Source: Octopus sinensis (Eukaryota). From it: DNA of 64,000 nt. The DNA lies in the NCBI RefSeq assembly GCF_006345805.1, contig NC_042999.1, forward strand, positions 157,232,001 through 157,296,000. Reading direction: 5' to 3'. Below, in pieces: positions 1 through 11,860 of the stretch (positions are counted from its first letter, which is position 1; each line of letters opens with the position of its first letter). The notes below the pieces were generated by a model. That model saw only the letters and a program-made list of their open reading frames with translations, was not told the origin of the DNA and made no database searches. The translations under genes and the position numbers were made by a program.

Positions 1-43
1 GAGAAACAGATTTCTAGATCTTTGTATCTTGAAAGTTTCTCCC

Positions 44-1249
44 TATAGCCTTGTTAAGCTAAGCGCAAACAAACTAGTGGAGATAAGAATACATTTATCA
101 AAGATTTATTACTTTATGTAATCAGGACTTAAATCGCCAGTTATTTCTGTTTAGTTCATTTAGATTCGTTTCACACTCATTGTTGACATCCTTTTGTTCT
201 TCTTCTCCCACCAGAAGTCCCTTTTGCTGCCGACCAACTCCCTAGCTAGCGCGCAGCAAAGTTCCTGTCTACAGTACATCTGTCCTGAATCCTGCCCTAC
301 ATAGCTCCCTACCCCAGAACTGTTGACTGTCATTGGAAAAGGGAAGGCGTTTTAATTGTCCTACCCATATGTGTGGTTACTCAATTCTTTGGTGACTGTT
401 CCTTGTCAAGGGTTGGTGTGATCTGCCTAGGGCGGCCCCTATTTGGTGGCTGGGCTACCTGAACAGGGCTGTCAATATAAATGTTTGTCAGCTGCCTTCA
501 CTAATTGCTGCAGGTCCTTGATTTCAGTCTGAGTTATGAGGGCCTGGACCTGGGGTGGCAGCTTATAGAGGAATATTTCCGTAAATAAAAAGGAAGGGGA
601 GGAGGGGACCTAATGCCAACATCTTGTCCATCAGTTCAGAAGTCATAGAATCGCCTAATTCCTTCTCCAGTATCTTGACTGCTGCTCCTCTTTCACTGCG
701 TCAGAATGTATCCACTAGCCTGTTTTTCAATATGGTGTATTTGTGCATTGGTGGAGGTCGGGTTAAAATGTCCAGCACCCTCAATGCAATATCTTCATCT
801 AGTGCCATTACATCGTAAAAATATTTTGTTTGGGCAGCCGTTACCTTGTTTATATTGATTTGGGCTTTCGCTTGCGCGAAACATAGTTCAGCCCTCTTAG
901 GCCAGAACTGTGGTAGCCTCAGTGTTGTTTTGTCGCTTGCTATGTTTGTTTCGATAGCGAGTGATGTTGTTCTATCGTCGGGGGTCACCAGTTATAGCTT
1001 TGTTAAGCTATACACAAACAAACTAGGGGAGATGAGAATACATTTATCAAAGGTTTATTATTTTACATAATCAGGACTTAAGTCTCCAGTTATTTCTGTT
1101 TAGTTCATTCAGATTCACTTAGCACTCACTGCTGACATTCTTTTGTTCTTCTCCCACCAGAAGTCCTTTTCACTGCTGACCAACTTTCTAGCTAGCGCGC
1201 AGCAAAGTTCCTGTTTACAGTTCGTCTGTCATGAATCCTGTCCTACATC
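44..1249 (-). mobile_element. Miniature, internally deleted Gypsy-type LTR retrotransposon
   Basis: Direct repeats 44-301 and 993-1249 (about 257 bp, roughly 85-90% identical by eye). PBS TGGTGACCCC at 990-981. Purine tract GGGGTAGGGAGCTA at 315-302. Gag N-terminus LRLPQFWPKRAELCFAQ (701-988). 4-bp TSD TGGA/GGGA with one mismatch. Confidence 0.9.
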
Positions 1250-1721
1250 CATTTCTTTTAGAGAAATATTGTCATCTGTTGGTTTTGATACATCGATTAG
1301 AAAGCATTTTTTCTTGGTGATCTCTAACAACTATATCCGACCTATTAGCCTTGATTTCTCTATCTGTGTGTATTGGCATATCCCAAGTATAGTTGCTTTC
1401 TCATTTTCTGTGGCATTTTCTGGTGTGTGCCTTTACCACCTTTTTTCTGTTGTTCTTCCATAGTGTTGGCATAGATTCCAGTGTATATATTCCTTCCCAG
1501 CCAGGATTGGGCAGCCAGAGACAATATGATTTATTGTTTCTTCTCCATCACCACATATTCTGCAGTTACTTATATTTCTTTTCATTACATGTTTTTGGTA
1601 ATTTCTGGTGGGGAAGCTTTGGTCTTGTGCTGCAATTAAAAATCCTTCAGTCTCTGCTTTGAGTCCCAAGCTTCTCAGCCATTGTTGGGATTTTGCTTTG
1701 TCTATTTCTTTTCTGTTTAGT

Positions 1722-2135
1722 TTACTCTTTTTACTCTTTTACTTGTTTCAGTCATTTGACTGCGGCCATGCTGGAGCACCGCCTTTAATCGAGCAACTCG
1801 ACCCCGGGACTTATTCCTTTGTAAGCCCAGTACTTATTCTATCGGTCTCTTTTGCCGAACCGCTAAGTAACAGGGACGTAAACACACCAGCATCGGTTGT
1901 CAAGCAATGCTAGGGGGACAAACACAGACACACAAACATACACGCACACACACATATATATATACATATATACGACGGGCTTCTTTCAGTTTCCGTCTAC
2001 CAAATCCACTCACGAGGCATTGGTTGGCCCGGGGCTATACCAGAAGACACTTGCCCAAGGTGCCACGCAGTGGGACTGAACCCGGAACCATGTGGTTGAT
2101 TAGCAAGCTACTTACCACACAGCCACTCCTGCGCC
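1722..2135 (-). mobile_element. tRNA-derived SINE, family A (internal microsatellite, (AAAAGAGT)n tail)
   Basis: A-box-like GTGGCTGTGTGGTAAG and B-box-like GGTTCAGTCCC head. Body and tail recur more than 10 times in this window. Confidence 0.9.
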
Positions 2136-3582
2136 TATAGTTTAACCAGTATTTGCCTTGAAGAGGCTTTTCTTGTCATTGTTTTACCATAATTTGTTGC
2201 TGTTCCAGTTTTAGTTTGCATTTCAGTTGTTTTACAGCTTTTGTTTCTTTTTCTTCATAGTTTTTTAGATACTATGACTTCTTTTTTGTATTTGTCAGCT
2301 TCCTTAAAGACTGAAAACAGTTTTTTGTTTTGTTCGTGTTTTGTGCCTATTTGTATTAGTTTTCTTTGCTTCTGAAGTAGGTATTTCTGTAGTCCTATGG
2401 TGGTTACTTTGTAATAGTTTTCTAGCTGTATAAGGTCTCTACCACCTTCGATACATTGTATATATCACCGTTCTATGTCAGATTTTAGGTGGTTCATCCT
2501 AAATCCTGTCATTATTTTTATTGTTTTCCTGTCTTTTTTTATTAGTTCATTTAGAGTCCAATTAAGAATATTGTAGCTGTAATTTATGACTGGGACAGCT
2601 AGAGTGATGATACCTATTATCTTGTTTTTCGCATTGAGCTCTGTTTTCAGCATTAATCTAACACATCTATAGTATTCTTTTCTTATCTTCTCTTTCATTT
2701 GTGTGTGTTATATTGTATTATGTTCATTGATTCCTAAGTATTTGTATGTTTGGCTTTGGTTGAATTCTCTTATTTCGTTTGCTTTATCTAGTGTGATGTT
2801 GCTACTCTTAACTAGATTTCCTCTTTTCAAGGTTGCTTTAGCACATTTTTATAAGCTAAATTTCATGTTTATTTCTTTGGTAAATCCATGTACTGTTTGT
2901 AGTAATGTTTCCAGCTGTTTATAATTTGTAGCGTACAGTTTTAGATCAACCATATATAAGAGGTGGCTGATTGTTTTGCTGTAACATTTGTATCCACATC
3001 CAGTTCTGTTTAGCATGTCATAAAGGATGTCAGTACCAAGCAGAAAAGGAGTGGAGAGAGCGTGTCTCCCGGGAATATTCCTCTTCTAATGAGGATGGCT
3101 TTGGTTTTTACGAGTCCCTCTTTTGTCTGGAGCTGTAGCACTGTCTGCCATTTATTTATGGAATGTTTTATATATGCTATAATTATTGGTGCTACCTTGT
3201 TCATGGCCAGTGGTTTTAGGATCCATGTGTGGGGAATACTATCAAAAGCCTTTCGGTAATTGAAATAAAATTGACAGACATCAGCCAGTAAACATTCCAG
3301 TATTTATTCAATGTATTGGATGAATACACACACATGTATGAGTGGTATAGATTAGTGAGTGGAAAAAAAACTTGTAATTGCATAAACAAGGATGAGAATA
3401 CATATAACCATAGAGAAACAAATGAGCAAATGAGCAAATGAGCAAACTGGCAAAAAATTAAATGGGTGTACAAAGCGCTGAAAATATTTTGACAAATTAA
3501 ATTTTAATGTTGAAGTGAATCGAACGGTTTTGTGTGTTTCTTAAATGGCTTATAAACACCTTCCACACTGCAATTGTTTGTA

Positions 3583-4117
3583 GTGTACAAACAATTTACG
3601 TATTTATACACGAAAGAGGTGACCTGTAACAGGACACCTTACATGCTAGAAAGGGCAGTTAAAGCCCAAACCACAAATAAGAGCAATGTTTCTAAATTTT
3701 GTACCCTTGTTATTTTCACAGTAAAATTTTTGCAGTTTCGAAGCCTTTCTGGTATGCAGTTTTATTTTTTTTATTATTATTTGCCACCGAATGTAACTGT
3801 GCTTGTGCGGTGGATTTGAAAATTAAAATGTATAAGTATGTAGCACGTGTATTTTCCATGCTATTTGCTGCATAAATATGCATTAATTTTAGCGCCTTCA
3901 GTAGAAGTATGAATGGCAAATTATTTTATTTTGCACATTAACACAGGAACTTGAGTCTGAGGGTAACTACAATATTTTTTGTTTTCATTCCCTTTGAAAT
4001 TGCTCTTATTCATGGTTTGGGCTTTAACTGCCCTTTCTAGCAAATAATGTATCTTGTTAAGCATGTAAGGTGTCCTGTTACATATTTTGTGTATAAATAC
4101 ATAAATTGTTTGTACAT
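3583..4117. repeat. Imperfect inverted repeat with arms of about 105 bp (MITE/foldback-like)
   Basis: 3583-3688 is the reverse complement of about 4001-4117, apart from a 20-bp indel. Confidence 0.7.
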
Positions 4118-4214
4118 TATTATATATGAAAATATGTTGTCTATTGACTTTATTACACATGCTTAGCCACTGGTATGAAAATTTTTTGAAATTTTCTACC
4201 CATAGTATTTTCAC

Positions 4215-4246
<32 letters not shown>

Positions 4247-4250
4247 ATAA

Positions 4251-4460
4251 AGTTAATCCAAACAAGAAAGCACAAAAAAACACAACAACGCGAGGACGTG
4301 GAACAAATATAGTATTATTGGATTTTCAGGAAAGAAGGAAAGAAGGAGGGTTTAACGTTTCGAGCGGAGCTCTTCGTTGGAAACATAGGAGAAGGAAAGA
4401 TCCAGAGAAGGGATGACAGAGGAAAAAAAAAAATCCCCAACGGTACACACACAGTCACAT
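4251..4460 (-). mobile_element. About 200-bp repeat family C (PLE-terminus-like) carrying a minimal hammerhead-like motif, copy 1
   Basis: Same sequence at 29652-29860 (-) and 36806-37002 (+). All three copies are adjacent to (TA)n. Confidence 0.75.
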
Positions 4461-4579
4461 TTATATATATATATATGGTTTGCAATACTAACTTCAGGAA
4501 ACCTGCCAGTCACCTAGTCACCTACCATTCCGGCAGACACACTAGCCAAATTGACTTATCTTCTTCTTAACTTGCCTCA

Positions 4580-4975
4580 ACAGAACGGTGGTAGCAGGGA
4601 ATTGTATCAGACTGCCAGAGGGGAAGCTAGGAGACAGGTTTATTTAGCCAAAAGGGAAGCAGATAAGAATAAATTTGCCAATGTTCTGCGCCATGAGGAC
4701 CAAAGACTTGAGGCATTTCATGTTGCAAGACAGTGTGTGAGAGAGAATGATGGATGATGGTTCACTTGCACTAAATGAGGCTGCAAAGTGTGTATGTATG
4801 CCTTCCCATGTGTCAGGAGAGATGCTAGCATCTCTCAAGGTAGCCTTCAGCAAGTCTTTATACCTTTATTTTGGTTTATGTGGAGGCCGTTCTCCTTTAG
4901 CTAACCCTCCATAAAAGAGTTGTTTTGGCATCCTTGAATCTCTCATCCTAACCAGATGTCCACTCCATTTGAGCA
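4580..4975. mobile_element. Two abutting LINE fragments (RTE-like) in opposite orientation
   Basis: Plus: ARGEARRQVYLAKREADKNKFANVLRHEDQRLE. Minus: WSGHLVRMRDSRMPKQLFYGGLAKGERPPHKPK, a typical RTE post-RT motif. Confidence 0.7.
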
Positions 4976-5225
4976 TACATACATACATAAATACATACAT
5001 AATACACACATACATACATACATACATACACACACACATACATAAATACATACATACACACACACATACATACATACATATATACATACATACATACATA
5101 CACACATACATAAATACATAAATACATACATACATAAATACATACATACATACATACATACATACATACATACATACATACATACATACATACATACATA
5201 CACACACACACCACACACACATACA
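4975..5225. repeat. (TACA)n/(CA)n microsatellite
   Basis: Directly visible. Confidence 0.97.
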
Positions 5226-8200
5226 AATGAAGCGACAAGTCGCGTATCTGGCGTGGGAGACTACCGAAAATACGATGAATACTATCTCCAACTTTGGAGA
5301 CACGACTAGCATCCTTGTTAAATAACTGATTAATCTTCATATGAATTAACCGAGGGAGCCTTTTATTCACAATCATGGTGATTTACGACTGAAACTTGAA
5401 TTTAGCATGCAAAGAGTTACTACAACAACAACAACAACACAATCGAGGAACAAAACGATGACAACAGCTCAACAGGTAACCAAATTCTTTCTAGCTGTAC
5501 TTATAGAAGAAACCGTAACTACAAAACTCATTTCTCTTGGAGTTATGAATTGAATAATGATCTATTTAACTGCTACGAAAAAGGGAAACAAAACCCCGCT
5601 GTTGGCAAAAATGAATCGATTGAAATCATATTGGGACAATCTGCATCCAGAATTAAATAATTTTACTGTGAAGCAACTATGCCAACAAGCAACATTTGTA
5701 GAACATAGAAAGAAGGTTAGTAACTGTAAATTTATTTAAAAATCGAAAATTAACCTTTTTCCCAACTCTATAAACAAAAACGAAAACGTGAATGATATAA
5801 GGCCACCACGTAGTTTCACAGCTAGCGATATTCCGACAGATTCCATAGTGCCTGCCAGTCAAACTACATTACTGGCTCAAGTAACTGACCACCGTCCCTC
5901 TGTTACAACTATGGTAAATAGCGGACACAACTGCAACAATTATTGAAGTAGTAGTAGTGGTGGTGGTAGTGGTGGTGAGGATTATATGTCGGTGAAATGC
6001 GCCCTTACTGAAATTTTCCGAGAAAAATTAAATTTGGCTTTGAAGAACTATCTCGAGGAAAGAATATTCTCTACCAAAGTAAGTAAAAAAAAAACACTAG
6101 AAATGATATTAAAAACTGTTAATGAAATTGGTGATAAGTATTTACAAGAGTGAGATGAACCCACATACTGGCAGATTAACGGCTGTTTTATATGCGCTGG
6201 CAAATACTATAAAACAGTTATTGAATGATATTCGACAAGTAAACAAAACTGAAATAACAAAGACAGTACCATCATGGATTTTGAAGACAGAGAAAAAGAT
6301 AACTGGTTTACGAAAGACCATCAGTCATGTAATGATGTTTATTGCATGCAAACAAGCAAATCACTATACGTACCGCCAACAGAAAGTAAAAAGGAGAGAG
6401 AAATTATGTTTGGAGACAGCAATAAGAGGACACTCACTAGCAAACTGATTAGCCTCAAGCAGGAGCTAAAAGCTGTCAGTGAAAAACTCCAACATCAGAA
6501 GAGAATAACCGAGGGAAGAACAATAAACAAAAGATTTAAGCACAACCAGGCAGCAGTATACTGAGACATGAGAGAAGGAGCAGTAAATACCACGGAAGCT
6601 CCTTCACAAGAAGACATAGACTCATTCTGGAAGAAAATCTGGAACGAAGGGAAGGAATTTAACCAAGATACTCAGTGGCTGGAAGAAATCCGAAAATGTT
6701 ATTGCTCCTGCGTTACATCCAAGACATACAACATTGATGGTGAAACTCTTGCAACTGTAATCCAGAAACTCCAGGATGGAAATGCACCTGGAAGAGACTT
6801 GATTGTTGGATATTAGTACAAGAAGCTAACATTTTACCGATCATATCTTATTAATCTGTACCAGCAAGCTTTCATTGGAAACAGTAGTATACCACACTGG
6901 CTAGCTCTGGCAGAGACAAAATTGATCCCCAAATGCAGAACCACCTACATGGCAAAAACTTACTAGCCAATTGCATGCCAGAACTTAATGTATAAGGTAT
7001 ATACAGCATGTTAAAACCTCTTCCTCCAAGGCCATTGTAAAACCAAAAACATTATCACAGCAAACAAGCAGCTGGGAAGATGGGAGTCTGGGGATGTGCT
7101 GAGCAATTGCTAATCAACAAAACTGTGTTGTCAGAGACGCGAGATCATAGGAGGAACCTAGTTTCAATGTGACTAGACAACAAGAAAGCCTTTGACTCTG
7201 TCCCCCACTCAGGGATATTAGAAGCCCTCCAACTTGCTAAAGTTCCAGTGAGAATAGTCAAAGCCATAGCTGACCTGACTTCATTGAGGGGCACCATCTT
7301 GAAATTAAGCACAAAGAGTGACTGTATTATCACCGATAGAATACAATATCATAAAGGCAGATTCCAAGGGGACAGCCTCTCTGTGATGTTGTTTATACGA
7401 AATACCAAAATTACACACTGTTTCTTTGTGGATGACTCAAAACTTTATGCAAAGATTATGCATATGATGAAAAAGGGTCTTGATCTAGTTACAACATTCT
7501 CAAAGGATGTAGGGTTGGAGTTCGGTCAGGATAAATGTTGTTATATGGTTGTGAAAAGTAGGAAAACTATAAACCAGACTAGTAACATCTCCATCAATGA
7601 TTTCACTGTTTCTCCTGTATCTGACGAAGTATGTTACAGGCATCTAGAGGTGAATGAAAATATATATTGCAATGGTACAAGTAACAAAATAGGTATCACT
7701 AAAGAATATTACAGCCGAATAAAGAAAATTTGGATCTCAGAACATTCTGCATTCAATAAAACAGTGGTCCACAATGTGTTTGCTGTGCCGGTACTCATAC
7801 CAACATTTGGGCTGCTTGGTTGGACGCTTGATGAAATCTGAGCCATTGATGTGAAAACCCCAAAAATACTAACAAGCAAACATAATTTCCACATAAACAG
7901 TGACGTAGACCGCCTCTACCTAAAACGTAAACAAAGCAACAGAGGCTTAACATCGATCCAAAATGCTTTTGAATGTTGCATCATATCTTTTTGGCAACAT
8001 ATTTTAACCACCAACATCGAAGTGCATCCCTTGACACAGTTTGCATACATGAGGCTGACAACATCATAATACTTGGAAGGCAGTCCTTGAGCAACACTTT
8101 TTGTCTGATAACCTAGAATACATGCCCAAAGAAGTCACACAACTCTACCACAACATAGAGAACACCTATGTTGAACTTTTGAGAAATCTGCAGTTACTCT

Positions 8201-8465
8201 ATCCAGATTACAAGTTCAGGTTTACACCTGTAATTATTGGAACCCTGGGATATGTAACACACAGCCTAAATACCAATCTTGAGAAATTAGGCTTCTCAAA
8301 ACCAGAAAGGAGAAAGCTAATTCGAAGACTACAGATCCAATCAATCAGTGGAACTGTAAAAATCTGTAAAGCTTTCCAGAAGTTTATCATTTAAATATAT
8401 ATGAGCATGTATAGATATGTAACTATATACATGAGAATGCATACATAAAACATACAAATCTGCAA
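5226..8465 (+). mobile_element. Long degraded REL-type LINE (R4/Dong-like) embedded in (TACA)n
   Basis: N-terminal SYWDNLHPELNNFTVKQLCQQA; GNAPGRDLIVGY; RT motifs HKGRFQGDSLSVMLF and HCFFVDDSKLY (7248-7841); C-terminal PVIIGTLG...GTVKICKAFQKFII. The 3' UTR runs into (TACA)n. Confidence 0.88.
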
Positions 8466-8615
8466 ATACATACATACATACATACATACATACATACGTA
8501 CGTACATTCGTACATACATACATACATACATACATACATACATACATACATACATACATACATACATACGTACGTACATACATTCATACATACGTACATA
8601 CATTCATACATACAT

Positions 8616-8646
<31 letters not shown>

Positions 8647-8890
8647 TACATACATACATACACACATACATACATACACATACATACGTACATTCATACA
8701 TACATACATACGTACATTCATACATACATACATACATACATACATACATACATACATACATACATACATACATACATACATACATACATTCATACATACA
8801 TACATACATACATACACACACACATACATACATACATACATACATACATACATACACACATACATACATACATACATACATACATACATA
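8466..8890. repeat. (TACA)n microsatellite, about 420 bp
   Basis: Directly visible. Confidence 0.97.
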
Positions 8891-9095
8891 CCCAAATACC
8901 AATCTTGAGAATTTAGGCTTCCCAAAACCAGAATAGAGAAAGCTGATTCAAAGACTACAGATCCAAGCCATCACTGGAACTGTAAAAATCTATAAAACTT
9001 TCCAGAAGGTTATCATTTAAGTACATATGAGCATGTCTAGATATGCAAGTATATGCATGAGAAGGCAAACATAAAACAAAACATACAAATCTACA
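8891..9095 (+). mobile_element. 5'-truncated second copy of the 3' end of the same LINE
   Basis: Matches 8268-8460 with scattered substitutions. Confidence 0.85.
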
Positions 9096-9289
9096 CGTAT
9101 ATGTCGATTTAGAGGACAGGAGCTTCATACTAATGAAGATTTGTGCTCTAAAAAACCGTCAAAGGAAAGGCCCCGAAATAGTGTGCATTCTCTTCTGAAA
9201 TCTACTGCTATCTGTGTCTGTGTGTGGGGGTAGACCAACCACGTGTAATGACAAAAGAGGCAGACCTCAGTATTGTTGGAAGTAAAGCA

Positions 9290-9810
9290 CTATATTTATT
9301 ACACACATGTGAGTGAGAACACTTTGAGATATTTTTGGTATCTAACATATGTCAGATACTGCGAGCACTGCTTCTGATTGGTCAATCCATGGTGATGACC
9401 CGAGGTCACGGTGACGGCACTACTTTTGTCATTCATATGTTACAACTAAACTTTCAATCTGTGCTATGTATTTCTTGAACGTGAACTTGAATGTTAACAA
9501 AATGTTAAACAGTCATCAGTTATCAGTCATTTCACCTGAAAACTTAGCGCTATAAAGTCGGACTATCTTCCTGCGGCATGACATCTTTTACAGTTACACA
9601 TTGTGACATCACTGATGTGAAATCAAGCTGTATTCATGCGCGCTTCAACACGATGTAAAGAATTTAGTTTTATTGGGTTAATAAAATATGGTCGTTTATT
9701 CGTGTGTAATAAATAAAATACCAAACTCATTCCCTATGGATACCGTATTTATTACAACTTGTGACTTGTAATAAATATGGTATCCATAGGGAACTCGTTT
9801 GGTATTCTCT
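9290..9810. mobile_element. Unclassified DNA element with inverted motifs and a long hairpin
   Basis: ATTTATTACACAC (about 9296) pairs with GTGTGTAATAAAT (about 9703). Hairpin of about 40 bp at 9717-9805. Confidence 0.45.
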
Positions 9811-10023
9811 ATTTATTGAATGATACATTTATGGAGACTCACATACAGGACTTCAAGTTTCTGTGTCAAAGATGATCACTGCACCTCTCCAGCTGTCATA
9901 AGCTCGGTACCCAGAGTACCATCAATTATAAAACCGATCATCATGTCATTGACACAGAAATTTGAAGCCCTGTATTTGTGTCTCTATAACTATATCATTC
10001 CAAATATATATATATATATATAT

Positions 10024-10245
10024 TATGTAAAATCCATTCTGTCTGTCTGTGTGTGTATCTTCTAGGATCTCGGACATTCTCCATCCGATTGCACTCAAAT
10101 TTGATATGTATATACCAACGGTATCAGGCCATGTATAAGTCTTGAAAAAATTACAAAAATCGATTCCAGGTGAAAATGCGATCGATAAAGCCGTGGGAAC
10201 GTGCATTTGTATGCACAAGTACATCAGTCGAAATCTGTCTTTCAC
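10024..10245 (+). mobile_element. Non-autonomous Helitron/Helentron-like (DINE/HINE-type) fragment
   Basis: (CTGT)n micro-repeat followed by a CCGATTGCACTCAAATTTG motif, the layout typical of such elements. No protein evidence. Confidence 0.4.
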
Positions 10246-10373
10246 TTTTTAGGTTAAATCAGTGTTTCACGAAGGGGAGGCCTATAGGACGGTCAGACAA
10301 GTTGTTTTCAGAAAATTTGGTTTAAATGTTTGACAACTCAGCACCGTCCATTGGACGGGGGGGGGACGTTTTG

Positions 10374-10412
<39 letters not shown>

Positions 10413-10527
10413 GTACATACACACACGCATACACAAAGTTTGATATTGGTATATAGATGTCAAAAAATAAAACAGAAAAAATTAATAGAAACTGAACAAA
10501 GAGAAATGTTGTTATCATAAAACCTAC

Positions 10528-10740
10528 CGCAGATGTCACTTTAGCTTCCTGTAGCTTTATTTTCGTGGTTTTTCTTTTAAAATATATTACCAGTACAAAA
10601 AATGCAATTACTGCTAAACATAGCAATGTAGCCAAAACACCAATAACAACACCACAGTAAGTTGCACCAGATGTTCCAGATGTTGGAGTTGGTTTGCATG
10701 TTGATGTTGAATTGCATGGTATATGGCTTGCAGTTTCGTT
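10528..10740 (-). CDS. Internal coding exon of a single-pass membrane protein (S/T/P-rich stalk, TM helix, basic stop-transfer)
   Basis: Polypyrimidine acceptor TTTCTTTCTTTCTTCATTGTAG|, then a 213-nt open frame NETASHIPCNSTSTCKPTPTSGTSGATYCGVVIGVLATLLCLAVIAFFVLVIYFKRKTTKIKLQEAKVTSA, then donor |GTAGGT. Phase 0-0. Confidence 0.65.
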
Positions 10741-10856
10741 CTACAATGAAGAAAGAAAGAAATTTCAGTTCATATAATATGAAAAAATAAATTATATCTG
10801 CTGCATCTGTTTAATAAACTGGTATCTGTTTGCCTCCCAGGATACATACACTTTAA

Positions 10857-11077
10857 CCCTTTAGCATTTAAACCGGCCATATCCGGCCAAAAGTATTCTA
10901 CCTGTTTTACGCTCAAACTGGCCAGATCTGGTCTCTCACACCAACCCTACAATATCGTTTTGAAAATTAACAGCTACCTCATCAAAATCTCAAAGCTACA
11001 AGATAATGCACGATTAATTCAAAACAATGTGGATAAAAAAGCATTAATTTTGGCAGAATAATGCGAACACTAAAGGG
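10857..11077. mobile_element. piggyBac-type MITE
   Basis: TTAA|CCCTTTAG ... CTAAAGGG|TTAA: TTAA TSD with CCC/GGG termini. Confidence 0.85.
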
Positions 11078-11673
11078 TTAAACAACATCATGTGACACTT
11101 TCTCTTTTTTTTTTTGTTTTTTAGTCACTAGAAAATTACTAATTATATTTTTGTTATAATTTACTAAGTTCTTTATGAATAGATTATTGGTATTAATTAC
11201 TGTGCACCCATGCTGGTTCTAAAATTCTCTGTTTGGAAAAAAACTTTGACCTTCAAAACATACAGAAACCAGTATTAAGTGAGTGTCGGCTGCAAGTAAA
11301 TCTAATCTTTTTTGACTCTGATGAATAGCGCAAATCAAACAGAAATTAGTGGCAGGCTTAGTACAAAAAGGATAAAATTACTTTGCATAGAAATTTAAAA
11401 GAACTATCTTTTAAAGTTCAACATTTAAAAAGAAATGAAAAATGTTTGTTTTGTTTTATTAATCATTTAGACGTAACAAAATAATGAATGGTACATTTTC
11501 GAAGACACTCAAGTACTAGCATGGAATTTTTAAAGACTTAAATTATATTTTTTTTAAATCCCCACTACACCTGGATATCATTTGCAATGCACCATCTGAG
11601 TATAATAAACAATGTGGCATATGTGTAATAAAACATATTGCATATATTTCTGTACTCTGTGTGTGTGTTGGCG

Positions 11674-11706
<33 letters not shown>

Positions 11707-11714
11707 GCGTTTAT

Positions 11715-11766
11715 TATGTATAGATAGATAAAGACAGACCGACAGATAGACAGACAGACAGACAGG

Positions 11767-11860
<94 letters not shown>
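11715..11860. repeat. Compound (GATA)n/(GACA)n microsatellite
   Basis: Directly visible. Confidence 0.95.

Larger units (their letters stand above)
1..3265 (-). mobile_element. Degraded non-LTR retrotransposon with RT and restriction-like endonuclease (R4/Dong-like), interrupted by a Gypsy element (44-1249) and a SINE (1722-2135)
   Basis: RT motif RRGIFPGDTLSPLLF (ORF 3010-3204). Post-RT KEYYRCVRLMLKTELNAKNK (2465-2698). Zinc knuckle CRICGDGEETINHIVSGC (1433-1669). REL region WDMPIHTDREIKANR at about 1340-1385, resuming as EKLSRYKDLE at 43-10. Many stops and frameshifts. Confidence 0.9.

Noticed and set aside
5226-5350. HDV-like ribozyme at the LINE 5' end
   Set aside because: Only short local hairpins; the nested double pseudoknot could not be built.
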